DNA of 63,700 bases, counting the filler, from Octopus bimaculoides (taxonomy: Eukaryota): NCBI RefSeq assembly GCF_001194135.2. It is 7 parts of 6 records of this genome, joined end to end, with 100 filler letters (N's around TTAATTAATTAA, not from the genome) between each part and the next. Parts side by side here need not be neighbours in the genome. Positions count along the whole stretch, not along the records: positions 32,912 to 52,695 come from NC_068997.1; positions 52,796 to 58,746 come from NC_068994.1; 5 more parts are not named here. One strand, given 5' to 3'. Below, piece after piece: positions 37,641 to 53,352 of this stretch; position 1 is the first letter of the stretch, and each line of letters starts with the position of its first letter. The position numbers were made by a program, and so were the translations under genes. The notes under the pieces were generated by a model. The model made no database searches, had not been told where the DNA came from, and worked only from the letters and a program-made list of their open reading frames with translations.

Positions 37641-38989
37641 CTTTTGTATATTTTGTCCATTTTATTTGCACGATTCCTTAACTTCTTTATTTATTTATGA
37701 ACCAATTGTTATGTGAGATAGTTTTGTTAAATTTAAAAACAGATAACATTTTTGATGTTTTTTTCGCTCTCTCTTGTTTAATTTACTTTCTTCTCATACG
37801 CTTTTGCTGTTAGCTATAGTTATTTTTTCTTATTATCATTATTATCATCATCAACATCATCGTTAGCTTTATTTTTATGCCGCAGTTGTTTTTGATGTTG
37901 TTCCTTTTTCTTTTTTCCATGTTTTTTTTTTCTTATTCTGTCAAAGCCTTTGTTATCATAACAGTGCTGAAGGTGGTGAAGGAACCGGCGATGAATATTT
38001 ATTGTTCTTTAATTCCGCCATTTTCCACACTTTTCCTGTGGTATAAACATATCGTATGGATTTTGTTGTGTTGTTTTGATATTACTTGTTTCGTTGTTAT
38101 ATACGTTGTGTCTTTACAGCGTTTCATTTTATTTTAATTCGTACAATTTTTATAGCAAATTTAAAATTTTATTTTAATGATACACATATACAAATACATG
38201 TGTATGCATATATATATATATACACACATATAAACATACAGAGACGTGTGCATGTGTTTGAGAGTGAATTGTTATAATTCTATTTCCTGTGTTCATCATA
38301 TTTCTTTTCACACCAGGATATCTTCCAATCATCTTCATCAAATGTTGATGAGGAGACGGATTCTGTAGGGGGTTAGCATCAATGAATGTGACAGGAATAG
38401 CGTTGGGGGAGGAAGAGGGAATGCATTTGTGGAAAGAGCGGCAAGGGTGTTGAAATGATTTCATCTGAATCAGGCCACTACACACATACTTAAATTACAA
38501 TTACACTTCTAACCTGTTGTATAGCAAGCTAATAAGGAAAAACTTGATGAATCATTGGTTCTTGTTGAAAGTTATTTTATTTTAATTTATACGTCATGAT
38601 AAGAGTACTCTCATGAATTGTTTGCATAAGTACACTATACTTAACATATGCGCACGCACAGAAGCGTATGCATTTGCAGAGACACATGCAAGCATACATG
38701 TGCATACATATATGCATGCATATATACATACATTCATAATACATACATGCATAATACATACATGCATAATACATACATACAAACATGCATGCATACATAC
38801 ATTCATGCATGCATGAATACATACATACATTCATTCATACATACATGGGTACATACATATATAAATGCATGCATACATACAAACAAACATGCATGCATGC
38901 ATGCATGCATAATACATTCATACATACATGCATACACACATACGTACAAACCTGCATGCATACATACATTCACACATTTATTATTATTA

Positions 38990-39059
<70 letters not shown>

Positions 39060-40263
39060 TATTATTATTATGCGCCCTTTTAAAGCCTAGCCAGGCTCAT
39101 GGGCCCGGTTTCCCGGTTTCTATGGCGTACGTGTTCCCTCCCCAAGCTGGATGGGATGCCAGTTCATCGCAACGTTACTCAAGAAACAAGAAGAAAGAGT
39201 GAGAGAAATTTGTGCTTCCACCACATCAACCCATAATACTTTCAGCAGTGAATGCATGACACACTCGGAACAGAAGGACTTGTGTCGTGTGTGCGTATTG
39301 TGTTTGTTTCTGTACACACACATACACACACTCACAAGCACAGTCTCTATAGAAATACGCATATAAATACGATATACATATTTACATATGTAACGAGAGA
39401 GTGTGTGTGTGAAGAAATTGAAAGAAACATAAGGTGAACGAAGGAACCTACAGTATTAGACAGGAATGTAGAAGCATACGTAAAATCTATAATGATAAGA
39501 CAGCCAAGAGGAAAACATTTTTTTAGATCATAACTGAAAGACAAAACTGTAGGTAAATGTAAAATAGCAGACAGTTTTCTTGAAGCCTTGTTCCGGTAGA
39601 ATGGGGCGGTAAGAAAAAAAAATAAAGAATAGAGTATAGTTTATAAACGGACATGTGTACGACATAAAGTGAGAACTGCTAGTAAAGCAGTTAGACAGGT
39701 AGACAAGTGCTAATTTTAATCTTCGCTGTCAAAACAGTATGTAAATGCCAATCGACAAACCGACAGTAATGTAACGTCTTGTACTTGACAGGTTATCATT
39801 GGACATTCAAAACAGACAAACATACTAACGACTGTTACTTTTGCATGTATACACAAACACACACGTGCGTATGTATATATATATATATATATATATNNNN
39901 NNNNNNNNNNNNNNNNNNNNNNNNNNNNNNNNNNNNNNNNNNNNNNNNNNNNNNNNNNNNNNNNNNNNNNNNNNNNNNNNNNNNNNNNNNNNNNNNNNNN
40001 NNNNNNNNNNNNNNNNNNNNNNNNNNNNNNNNNNNNNNNNNNNNNNNNNNNNNNNNNNNNNNNNNNNNNNNNNNNNNNNNNNNNNNNNNNNNNNNNNNNN
40101 NNNNNNNNNNNNNNNNNNNNNNNNNNNNNNNNNNNNNNNNNNNNNNNNNNNNNNNNNNNNNNNNNNNNNNNNNNNNNNNNNNNNNNNNNNNNNNNNNNNN
40201 NNNNNNNNNNNNNNNNNNNNNNNNNNNNNNNNNNNNNNNNNNNNNNNNNNNNNNNNNNNNNNN

Positions 40264-40900
40264 TTTTTCAAAGCTATAATGGAAGAGACAAAGGAACACG
40301 TTCGGCATATTTTGATTTATGAGTTAAAAAAAGGCAACAACGAAACGGAAAATGCGAAGAGTATTAATGCAGTATTTGGGGATCGGACAATAAGTGTAAG
40401 CCAGTGTCAACAGTGTTTTCCAGAAATTCAGAGCTGGAAACTACAGCCTAGAAGATGAGCCTCGTCCTGGAAGATCTGTAGAGCTAAACGAGGACATCCT
40501 TCAAACCCTGGTGGAACAAAATCTCATCATAATAGTTGAGGAACTAACAGAGGAGCTTGGATCTGATCTTTCAATCATTGATTTGGTCATTCAATCTGCG
40601 TGCCATTGGAGTAATCAGCAAATTAAGTCAATAGGTTCCTTACAAGCTAAAGAAGAACCATAGTGTCAATCGTTTCGAAGACATTGAGAATATAAAGGCG
40701 CCTGTGACAAGGATCCTGGACACGTTCAGTTAGGAAAAATTCCATGGGGCCTTCAAAAATTGTATAGAGCGCAACAAGAGCATCGGAGTCGTGGGGTCCT
40801 AGTTTGTAGGAGATTAAAATCTCTAATTTACATGTTTGAAATTAAATAAAAGTCTCTCCTGAAAAAGTCTCCAACTTTGTAGAATGCAGCTTATATTCTT
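40264..40900 (+). mobile_element. Internally deleted mariner transposase remnant
   Basis: KEHVRHILIYELKKG...FRAGNYSLEDEPRPGR...EELTEELG. After a deletion come a C-terminal piece ending ...SYFVGD* and a terminal region. Confidence 0.8.
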
Positions 40901-43900
40901 ACACTAAAATAATCACATTTCTTCCTGCAGACCACGTACCTCAATAATTTACCTCAGAAATACATTCTCCAAATATGCTATACTAGTACACAATATACCT
41001 TAAATGGCATTTTCTGTACAAGAAAACATGCACCTTTGGGCTAAACTTGACTGTACTAAACAGAAAAGCAACTGTATTGATATACAAAACTTACAATATC
41101 TGAACGACAACTGGAAGTTTTTTACAGACACAACGATATTGATAGATTCCCTCATAAAAATATAACGGAAGAAATTTAAGATCAGTTCAGACAAGATTAT
41201 CTGTCATTCTACTTATTTATTTATATATTTATTTATTTTAGTGTTTTTTTTTTGACTAAGGTGTATTTGTAGTCTACTATTTTAGTTTGAGAAAATTCAC
41301 AAAGCATTATACACAAGCAAAACTACTTTGACCAGAAATACATATTTACAAACACATATATATTCCAAGTTGAATCAAAAGTTTTTCGGATTTTAGCTGA
41401 GGAGTTTAGCCACTTATATCTCCATGCTATGTCGTTAATTTGACAGAAATTGTACAATCTTTGCTGAGTTGTTTATTCCTTATTTTCGTTTATAACATAT
41501 AAACATTTATTGTTTATTTCAGAGCTTTGATAATGAGTGGTGAAATATATGTCTGAGAGATGTTACAGGTGCATATTCAATATAAATTTGAAGACGCACT
41601 CACTAGAAACCAACGTACTTCAGGGAACTCCCTCACCATTGATCATTACCCAGGTAAATACACTTACATCATCGTTTAGTATAGTCGAACAACGAGTGTC
41701 TTCCGAAACGTTGGAATCCGTCAAGAAAATAAGCCTAAAGTGATACAAGGACTCCATAAATCATAGCCTGAAATCCTGACGATAAATATGCGCTACTGAG
41801 AATCGCTGCTATTTAATCATAATGACTGAGTGTATTCCTGTAGAAAATGCTGGAGCATGTTTTAAGAAACTTACAAAACGAGGTTTAGACTTGCTGAAGT
41901 GAAACGTGCCTGACGTTAACGGTTCATTTGAAGCCTGCCTATCTATCGAATAGCTAGTTTTAATATACTTGTTGATATATTTTTTCTATGGATACTGACA
42001 GCATACCTATATCCACAATATATACTACATATGAATATATATATATATATATATANNNNNNNNNNNNNNNNNNNNNNNNNNNNNNNNNNNNNNNNNNNNN
42101 NNNNNNNNNNNNNNNNNNNNNNNNNNNNNNNNNNNNNNNNNNNNNNNNNNNNNNNNNNNNNNNNNNNNNNNNNNNNNNNNNNNNNNNNNNNNNNNNNNNN
42201 NNNNNNNNNNNNNNNNNNNNNNNNNNNNNNNNNNNNNNNNNNNNNNNNNNNNNNNNNNNNNNNNNNNNNNNNNNNNNNNNNNNNNNNNNNNNNNNNNNNN
42301 NNNNNNNNNNNNNNNNNNNNNNNNNNNNNNNNNNNNNNNNNNNNNNNNNNNNNNNNNNNNNNNNNNNNNNNNNNNNNNNNNNNNNNNNNNNNNNNNNNNN
42401 NNNNNNNNNNNNNNNNNNNNNNNNNNNNNNNNNNNNNNNNNNNNNNNNNNNNNNNNNNNNNNNNNNNNNNNNNNNNNNNNNNNNNNNNNNNNNNNNNNNN
42501 NNNNNNNNNNNNNNNNNNNNNNNNNNNNNNNNNNNNNNNNNNNNNNNNNNNNNNNNNNNNNNNNNNNNNNNNNNNNNNNNNNNTATATATATATATATAT
42601 GGTGGGGTATGTGTATGTGGTTACTTTTGTTGCACGTGACCTCTTGCTGCTATTGTTGTTGTTGTTGTTGCTTTGTTTTGCTGCAGCTGCTGCTGTTGCT
42701 ACTAGTAATAATGATGATTTTCCGCGATGGTGGTGGTGATGGTGGGTTTGCTGCTTTTGTCGCTCTTGCTTCTGGTTTGTTACGATATTCTTGGTGGTAG
42801 AAATGGTATTCCTTTCGTTGCCATTGTCTTTGCTGATGATGTTCTTGTTTCTGCTATTTCTATCGTTGTTGTTTGTTTTGTTGACCATTTTAAGGTGAAG
42901 TTCTGTAGAAGTTTGAGCAAATAATTTCCACATCTGACGAACACGTGTTTTCTATTTTACTTTCAGACTTTCTGTATCCACGACAACATTTTCCAATGGG
43001 ATTTTACTTTTTATAAAAGTATAATGTGTCATCTGGGGAATTTGTAGTTGCTGTATCCAGTAGATCAAAAGACCACGTCAAGTCATTTTAGTCGCTTCGT
43101 ATTATACTGAGTTCAGTTCAGCTGAATACGCACAAACATGTATTTACAGTTAGAGCAACTATTGAAACAGAATTAATATTTTTTCGATTTTGGCACAGGG
43201 CCAGCAGTTTTAAGGGACTGAACATGTTTATTATATCGACTACAGTTCTTGTCTGGTATTTACTTTATCGACTTCAACGGAATTTGAACACAGAACCTTA
43301 AGAGCAGGAAATATAGTGCTTTGTCCGACGCGCTAACGATTCTGCCAGGTGGCCACCTTCGAATAGGAATCAATAATAATAAAGCTTGGCGGCATTTCGT
43401 CCATCTTTACGTTCAATTCCCACCGTAGACTTTTATTCTTTCGGGGTCGATAAAATAAGCAACAGTTAAGTACTTGAATCGATGTAATCGAATTTCTCGA
43501 AACTGCTGGCCTTGTGCCTAAATTTGAAACCAATATTAATAATCCTTTCTACTAAAGGCACAAGGCCTGAAATTTTGGGAGAGGGAACTCGCCGATTTCA
43601 TCAACCCCTGTTCTCAAACGGTACTTATTTCATCGACTCCGAAATGACAAAAGGCATACGTCAACCTCGACGGAATTTGAACTCACAACATAAAGTCGGA
43701 CGAAGCATTTTGTCCCGCGTGCTAACGATTCTGCCAGTTCCGCGCTTTGAAACCAATGTTAATGATGCTTGAAAAGATCACTAGGGATTAGGATAATAGT
43801 TAGAATGTCGGATAAAATACGTGGCCATATTTGTTTACTTAACTATTAACAAGTTGAGCTCAAAACCTTGCAGATTATCTATATCCACATACCTTTATTA

Positions 43901-44619
43901 TTATCCACATACCTATATACCTTTATTATAAAACCTTGCAGGTTTTATAATAAAGTTCACTCAATTACTGGGATCAATTTAATTGACCACGCACATAGGT
44001 AAAGGAGTTTACCTTGAGCCATAATTTCAAATCAATATTAATTGGGGAATTCGCTAATTAAGTGTTAAAAACACAATATAGAAGCATCTATTCGACAATC
44101 AAATATTTCATTCACTGATCTTAACATTTTATTCTTGCTAAAATAACATATCAAGAAAGTATAAATTGTTTGGAATAATATAAAATATCAATATAGTCAC
44201 ACACAGGCCCGTCGAAATGCTTAGCAGCATTTTGATTGTCTTCGTATTATGCGTTTACATTCCTCCGAGGTCCAATTTGGTGGTGTAGATAAAATAAGTA
44301 CCAGTTGAATACCTGATTCGATGTAATTAAACTTACCCGCGAAATTTCTGGCCTTGTGCCAAAATTTGAAATTAATTTTAATTGTCATATATGTGCAATT
44401 TCTATGAGTATTATTTATATTCACTATTTAACTTGTAAGTCGTATATCTGCTAACGAGATGGCTAGAATTACAACATACTTAGGAGTTTCTTCTCACAGT
44501 TGAATTAGAGAGATTCAGAGTATGTATAAAAAATATATATATTACTCCGTAAGTATATAGTCGCCTTCTTAGAAACTTCCCAATCCACTGGCACTTTAAA
44601 CGTAATTTGGCTATGAGTT

Positions 44620-44666
<47 letters not shown>

Positions 44667-45266
44667 NNNNNNNNNNNNNNNNNNNNNNNNNNNNNNNNNN
44701 NNNNNNNNNNNNNNNNNNNNNNNNNNNNNNNNNNNNNNNNNNNNNNNNNNNNNNNNNNNNNNNNNNNNNNNNNNNNNNNNNNNNNNNNNNNNNNNNNNNN
44801 NNNNNNNNNNNNNNNNNNNNNNNNNNNNNNNNNNNNNNNNNNNNNNNNNNNNNNNNNNNNNNNNNNNNNNNNNNNNNNNNNNNNNNNNNNNNNNNNNNNN
44901 NNNNNNNNNNNNNNNNNNNNNNNNNNNNNNNNNNNNNNNNNNNNNNNNNNNNNNNNNNNNNNNNNNNNNNNNNNNNNNNNNNNNNNNNNNNNNNNNNNNN
45001 NNNNNNNNNNNNNNNNNNNNNNNNNNNNNNNNNNNNNNNNNNNNNNNNNNNNNNNNNNNNNNNNNNNNNNNNNNNNNNNNNNNNNNNNNNNNNNNNNNNN
45101 NNNNNNNNNNNNNNNNNNNNNNNNNNNNNNNNNNNNNNNNNNNNNNNNNNNNNNNNNNNNNNNNNNNNNNNNNNNNNNNNNNNNNNNNNNNNNNNNNNNN
45201 NNNNNNNNNNNNNNNNNNNNNNNNNNNNNNNNNNNNNNNNNNNNNNNNNNNNNNNNNNNNNNNNNN

Positions 45267-45309
<43 letters not shown>

Positions 45310-45399
45310 TCTATATATATATATATATAAAGAGAGAGACAGAGAGATCTATACATACATATATACACACACACACTCATATATGTATACGTATGCATA

Positions 45400-45431
<32 letters not shown>

Positions 45432-45897
45432 TGTGTATATTTATATATATTTGTGAAATCTTCCAAATAAGTTACAAATTCAACCGAAGAACATAAGCAA
45501 TGTCTTCTAAGTATGTTTACCGAAACGCTTCGTCCTAACAAATTCTATAAAAAGACTCAGTAACAACGTGATTGATGCTACTTAATATTAGTGAATGGAA
45601 AAACTAAAAAGAAAAAAGAAGAAAAAAAACAATATTTACATCACTAATTGTAACAGAAAATATTGTGCGAAGTACGAAGTCAGACAAATTTAACGTATAC
45701 AGGAGAGTTGTTACAATCTTCTTGCTTGGTTGATGTTTCATTAAGACTGCCAAGTTTTGTTAACTAACATTGAGAACTTTCCGTGTTGTTTTCTTGTATA
45801 AACGATTAAATCTAGCGAGGCTTTTACAAGTTGAAATTCAGCGACTGAATATAGACACATTCCTATCCATCTTTGTTACCTATCTATCAATCAATTT

Positions 45898-45948
<51 letters not shown>

Positions 45949-46330
45949 NNNNNNNNNNNNNNNNNNNNNNNNNNNNNNNNNNNNNNNNNNNNNNNNNNNN
46001 NNNNNNNNNNNNNNNNNNNNNNNNNNNNNNNNNNNNNNNNNNNNNNNNNNNNNNNNNNNNNNNNNNNNNNNNNNNNNNNNNNNNNNNNNNNNNNNNNNNN
46101 NNNNNNNNNNNNNNNNNNNNNNNNNNNNNNNNNNNNNNNNNNNNNNNNNNNNNNNNNNNNNNNNNNNNNNNNNNCATATATATATACATATACATATTTT
46201 CATGTATATATGTATATATATGTATATATACATGGATATATATATAAATATAGATAGATAGATAGATATATAGATATAAATACATATGTCCATGTATATA
46301 TGTGTGTATATATGTACATATGTGCGTGCA

Positions 46331-46367
<37 letters not shown>

Positions 46368-47493
46368 ATTTATGCATGTATCTATCTATATATGTATATA
46401 GGAAATGCCTATATTGAAATATACTTATAGAGACATAACATACGTACAAAAAGACATACTATAGAACTCTGCTAACGCACTTATGCACTTTGTGCAGCCA
46501 AACCGATTCAATAGTCAATTTACCAGATTCTCTAACTTGACAATAACGAAAACAATAAGTCTGTCTGTCTGTGATTAGAACGCAAACAATAAATGTCTCT
46601 GTCCGAATTAGACAGTTGCAAAACGTATTTGCAAACAAGATTTAGAGATAAAAGGGTAAGAAGAAGTTCTTTGGTTGATTATCGATATTATTATTATTAT
46701 TATTATTATTGTTGTTGTTGTTGTTGTTGTTATTTTGTGCATTGTTTCTTTCTTCTTGTTTTCTTTGAATGTTAAGCACTAAAGTGTTGTAGGACAGACT
46801 AACTAGAAATACTTATGGCTGTGTGAGTAATAAATAATGACATGCTACAGAAGTTAATCGAACGTTCGAGAACATAAACAAGTTCGTTTCTTTTTTTTTT
46901 CTATTTTTTATTTTGTTTATTTTTCTTTTTGTTTCTCTTTATTTCGTTTCGATACTGGATCTTGGGAATCAAATATCATTTGAGATGAGAACCGTTACAC
47001 CAACGTGATGACAGAAAATTGGCAACGGCTAGAAAATGCAGTTTAAAACCTCTTTCATTTGTTGCTTGTTCTTTCTTTTTAGCAGTCAAAAAATTTTCAT
47101 GATTTTCCCATCTGTTCTTGAAAACAAATGTGAGAAAATAACTTGATGGAAAGAAATGTGTGTGTATGAGGTGGGGGAAGAGAAGACAATGTAAAAAAAA
47201 TATCACAAAATGTAAAAACATGACATTTACATTACACAAGTGAAACTAGCCAACAAGGGAATTTCTTTTGAAGTTAAACGACATATTAGAAATAGCAGCC
47301 AAATTTTCTACATATCACCCATAGAATATGAAAAAGTGAAAAAAATGTATATTGGATAATGTAGTTTTAAATACATTATGGCTAGAGGAAAAGTAACTTA
47401 GGAAGTCAAAGTTTAAATGCCTCTGATTATAGGTCTCAGCTACTAGGGATGGTCTGGCATTCAGTAAAACTAAAAGCAACCGGATATTGACCT

Positions 47494-47660
47494 GTTTTCA
47501 GTAGACATATTGTGACGTCATGTTTTCATTAGACATGCTGTCAAAATGTTATATCATATTTTCATTAGACTTGCCGTCAAAACGTTACGCCATGCTTTCA
47601 TTCGACATCCAGTCAAAATGTATTGCTGTTTTCATTAGACTCGCTGTCAAAATTCTTACA
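47494..47660. repeat. About 36-bp minisatellite, about 5 diverged copies
   Basis: The unit approximates GTTTTCATTAGACTTGCTGTCAAAATGTTACGTCAT. Confidence 0.8.
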
Positions 47661-49274
47661 AAACTCAATATCATTGAGTATTTCGTTGGAAGCCTCCGTT
47701 TTCAGTTTATCCATAGGAGTGCGTGGAAGACCATCTAGATGCTACTTACTAAATCAGTACAGGAATTTGTAAATGATTCCAATAATAAGCATCGTAATTA
47801 TCCCTTTCAAATTTTGGCACAAGGCCAGTAATTTCCCGGGAAGGTGCTAAGTCGATTTCACTGGCTTATAACATCAAATACAGGATAGGCTTGAATTTCG
47901 CCGATTCATAGAGAGCAGCAGAAGATCGAGAGACGTGACAAATTTGGTTGTGAAATTATCGATGAACGGCGCAACGACCAAACGGTTGTGGGATATGACG
48001 AGTTCAAAGTTAAGCATTTTTGGGTGACTGTCTGCATATAACATAAATCTACACGATTGACTATCAACTTTAATATTAGTTCTAAATTTCAACACAAGAT
48101 CAGCAATTACGGCGAAGTGTGTAAATCGATTACATCGACTCCAGTACTAAACAAATACTTAGTTTATATACTCCAAAAGAAGGTAAAGGTAAAGCGGACC
48201 TCGGGGGAATTTGAACTCAGAACATTAAGACAGACGAAATGACGCTAAACTTTTTGCATAGCGTGCTAACTTCTCTGCCAGTCCACTGCCTTAACTATTA
48301 TCTTTAATATTGCTTCCAAATTTTGTCAAAAGACTAGAAATTTCGGGGGAGGGGTAGATTGATTACATCGACCCCAGTACTCAACGAGTATTCATTTTAT
48401 CAACCCCAAAGGGTTGAAAGGCAAAGTCGAAAGTTTTGAAATCAGAACGTAAAAGCGGATCAAATGCTGCTAAATATGTTTTCAGCGTGCTAGCGGTTCT
48501 GCCAGCTTGTTGCCTTAAATCTTACCTTTAATATTGACCACCAGAAGAGGAAATCTAAATTCAGTTTCCGTGCAAACCGTTTGATCCGATGTTCTGCAGA
48601 ATCTAAAAGCCAATTCATTGCGTATATAAGGTTGTCGGTTCATTGCCACATTGAATAAACAAAAATAACTAGAACGCAGAAGCAATAAGTTTGTGTTATC
48701 TTCACAGTGTATTTTTCCATATATTTTACTGCTCTCATACATATCAAAAATTCGCCTGTGTCTGTTATTTGAGAATATTTAATAAACATTTCCGTGTAAG
48801 ATTAACAGGCCTAAAACTAACTCCATATTAAAGTGATATACATTTAATACCTAACGTTATATTATTGCACATTTTACACATGTTATCTGTATGTTATAAT
48901 TTCATTTCTGCACTTATATTTTTTTCATTCATTTCAATATATTTAATAACATTTGATGGTTATTACTGTGAGAATGGTTGACAAATTGTTAGGGCACCGA
49001 GACTTTATTTGCACAGAATAGAATTAATAATGAAGTCAATAAGAAATAGAATAAACGAAGAAATTATTTTTATATTTCTGAAATATAATCTAAAATTAAT
49101 TTACACTACATATGTTCTGGAAATACAATTTAATAATACTTCAAGTTGTTTTTTTAAAGTTAGTTCGTTATTTCTATAACATGTACTCGGATATATGTGT
49201 GAAGGCGCGTGAATGAGTGAGTGTGCGTGTGTATGTGTGTGTATGTGTGCGAGTGTGTGACTCTGTGTGTATGT

Positions 49275-49321
<47 letters not shown>

Positions 49322-50157
49322 ATAGAATTGGATATTAATAAATTCACATGACTCTGAACAACCTGGAAAGTATTGCAATGACCATCAACTCTCCCCTTGA
49401 TTAAATTATGAAAAGAATAAGTATAACCATTTAATAGTAAACAACAGAATTATTTCATTATGTCTATGACCATAACATTAAACTTTACAACAACAAATTC
49501 TGCGTGCCTACAGAAGGATGTAGCACCGTTGGCATGGTGTGCATTTTATGCAAGTGATAGGGTATTGGTTGTGGCGGTAGATAACTAGCAATGCTGATCT
49601 CAATATTTCTCGTGCCTTTGGAACGAAACGCGGAGGTGAAAGAAAAAGAACGCATTATCCATAATCACAGACGTTCCGTAGACGGAGATCAACTTAGGTA
49701 CCACTCTGCCATTGTTTTCTACTATTTCCACCTGGCTCAATATAGTGGTTGATGTGGAAACAATCTGTTACCGATACATTGAGATTACCTCAGGCTAGCT
49801 AAACATCCCAATGAAGGATCATGTACATCAGACATTGAGCCCTTGAGAGTCAATCAAATGCTAAATAATGTACACGTTTGGTAAGTGGTTTACAATACTC
49901 CAGCATGGAAATCATTACAGCAATGTCCAACGTATGATATATGATGAATACTACACACGAAAATATCAAATACAACTGGACAAAATATATATTTCGGCTC
50001 ATTGACAAATACTAACACACTTCTGTGTTATAACGAGTACTACTTATCTCGAGTATACAGTCTCATATTCAACGATTAAATGGAGCTCTGCCACTTACAA
50101 GGAATAAATTGAAAGGCATTTCTGGCAAATTATTATTATTATATAATAATATAAATA

Positions 50158-50190
<33 letters not shown>

Positions 50191-50275
50191 GGCATATATA
50201 CATATATGTACATACCGACATATATATGTATATATATGCATATATGGTACAGGACGTCACAAAACGTAAACAACA

Positions 50276-50322
<47 letters not shown>

Positions 50323-50691
50323 CTCATAATTTTGTGTGCGCGTGAGGGGTGTCGGGACTGTAACTTGTGTTTGTGTGTGTGTTAGTGTGCGTATGTGTGC
50401 GTGCGTGTGCGTGTGTGTCTGTGTGTGTGTGTGTGTGTGTGCGTACGTGCGTGTATGTGAGAATAATCATGTATGCATGCAGGTTTTTTTCTGCCTGTAT
50501 GAAATGTACAGGAAACGCCATTACAAGAACGCACGACTGAAATGACAAACACCTGAATTAATTATATGCATTAAAATGAGAGAAAATTTTGTATTTCCGA
50601 TTTCTTAAATTTATGTATGTTTATCTATTCTACACACTACAATTATTTAGTGACTATTACGTAAAATAGTTAATTTGCCTTGTATATAGTA

Positions 50692-50735
<44 letters not shown>

Positions 50736-52007
50736 ATGTGTGTGTGCGTATGTATGTATATATATTGAATCATACATACACATTATTCTATAAATGTATG
50801 TGAGCTTATACAGTTATATACTTATATATGTGTCTATCTATCTACCTACTTATCTATATGTATAGATAAATGGCTGAAATGGATTAGTAGTGTAACCCTT
50901 CCTTCTGATTCACACCTTTCACAGAAAACAGACAGAGATCAAATATAGATGACGCAGATCCAGGGGAAACAGTGCACGGTCGGAGATATTTTTTTACGTG
51001 AGAAAGTTTTTCTTCGTTGTTCCATTCGCAGTTAAACTTTGTACACTTCAGTTCATTCCCTTTATCATTCGATCTGCCTTGCGTACTGAGAAAAACTATT
51101 GATAAAGTATCGGATAAACAAATAAAGACACAGTCATGAGTAGCAAACTAGGATGGTTGGCAAATAAGATGATGGTGGAAGTGCGGTTTTGTGACGTCAA
51201 ACTCTACATTCTTGCTGTATGAAAGTTTGGATTTTCTATCTTTGTAACAGCGGAATAAGGATAATTGAGACACTTCAAGAGAACAATATACACACACAAA
51301 GAGAAAGGCGATGAGCTAGCAGAAAAAATAGTGAGCCGGGCGAAATCCTTCGCGGATATTCGTCTATCTTTACGTTCTGAATTCAAATTCTGCCGAGGTC
51401 GACTTTGCCTTTCATCCTTTTGGGGTCGATGAAATAAGTACCTATGATGGTGTTATTTCAAAAACTGAATCAAAATAGTCGATAATCATCTTATTGCATT
51501 GTTTTCTACAATATTCTTTTCTATTCTATGCACAAGGCCCGACAATTTTGGGGAGGGGGCGGTCGATTAGATCGACCCCAGTACACAACTGGTACTTAAT
51601 TTATTGACCCCGAAAGGATGAAAGGCAAAGCAGACCTCGGCGGAATTTGAACTCAGGATATTCAGGAACAACATTTGTATTTTATCGCCGTCGCTCTTGG
51701 TGCAGTGAAATTAAGAGGATGAGGGAATATGTCTCTGGTCCCTATTAAAAAAAAAAGGGCGCCTTGAGTATTCATATTTTTCGATGCAAGTGTCCAATAT
51801 CATCGACATGATCACCAGCGACAAAATCATGACGTATGTGTGTGTGTGTGTGTGTGTGTATCCATGCATGCATGCATCTTTGCTTGTTTGTACGTATATT
51901 TTTAATTGTAACAATAAATGGAGAGAATATGTAGCGGTGAATTGGACTTAATCTATATTCGAAATGTGCTCTGTCCTCCTCAAAACTAGGTTTTATGCAC
52001 CTTCGGC

Positions 52008-52057
<50 letters not shown>

Positions 52058-52655
52058 ATACACATATACATACGTATACATACACGCACGTACAACACAT
52101 ATATATAACCGTATCTGAATATATGTGTGTGTGTGTGTGTGTGTGTTTCTCTACCAGTATTACATAAAAGCATACATTATTGCCCACACACGAATATAGA
52201 CAGGCACACACATATTGGTATATAAATATATACACACACAAGTAACAATATATGTTACATGCATACATTGTTACAAACACTGGAAGCGTGTGGAGGGAGA
52301 AAAAAAAAGCAGCAAAAATGAAATTTATCTGATATTACCAAAAGAATGCCGTGCTGTCTTATATGCTAGCAAGGACACTATCAGTGGCTGACTCATATTG
52401 TTGAGAGTCACACGAAATTTATGCATGAAGACGAAACGTCTTGTAGTTCGTCATTCGCTCATAGGGAAATAAGTATAAATATCTTCAGTTAATTATTATA
52501 CCTGGAGCCTAGGGTTGTAATTAAGACGCCTTGGATATGATTCATAAACATTGCAATCGTTCTTAACGGTTGTTGTGCGTGTGTATGTCAACGTTTTCAG
52601 TTCAGCACAAATCATTATTGAAATAATCAGCATGTACATATGTATATGTACATGA

Positions 52656-52695
<40 letters not shown>

Positions 52696-52795
52696 NNNNN
52701 NNNNNNNNNNNNNNNNNNNNNNNNNNNNNNNNNNNNNNNTTAATTAATTAANNNNNNNNNNNNNNNNNNNNNNNNNNNNNNNNNNNNNNNNNNNN
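52696..52795. other. Artificial 100-bp scaffold-joining spacer
   Basis: N44 + TTAATTAATTAA (52740-52751) + N44. Confidence 0.95.
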
Positions 52796-52836
<41 letters not shown>

Positions 52837-53280
52837 CATACATATACATATATATATGAGCATATAATCTATATATATGGGTAAAAGCGGGTGTGTGTGT
52901 GTAATTATGTACCATGCCTAATCAGAATATACTATGAATCTACATAGAAATATATAAACATGTATGTATATATTTGTATGTATACAGATACATAGATTTA
53001 TGTATACATATATATGTATACGCATACGTATGCATAAATGTATGACAGTGATTTTGGTTGTGTGTGTGTGTGTGTGTTTTCTAGCCATTGCAACATTCTT
53101 AGTTTTATAAAACGTATAATGTCCACTTTCATAAAATCAAGAACTAATGCTGCATTCCATCCCACACCCACACACAGATACTCACACACTTTCACATACA
53201 TGTGCACTCGTATAGAAAGACATACTCATACAGACTTAATTTGTGCATACTGCTCACACTGATAAATTATATAACATATT

Positions 53281-53352
<72 letters not shown>

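Noticed and set aside
38317-38376. Possible terminal exon DIFQSSSSNVDEETDSVGG* after a good acceptor
   Set aside because: No recognisable homology, very short, and on a different piece from the SLC7 exon, so support is insufficient.
41590-41725. Inverted repeat GAAGACGCACTC/GAGTGTCTTC followed by GAAACGTTG as an extended-stem-II hammerhead
   Set aside because: CUGANGA is absent at the required position and there is no stem I. At most it is a heavily decayed relic.
42960-43040. Acceptor followed by TF... as the next SLC7 exon
   Set aside because: The translation TFCIHDNIFQW... stops early, does not match the LAT segment, and lies beyond a synthetic spacer.
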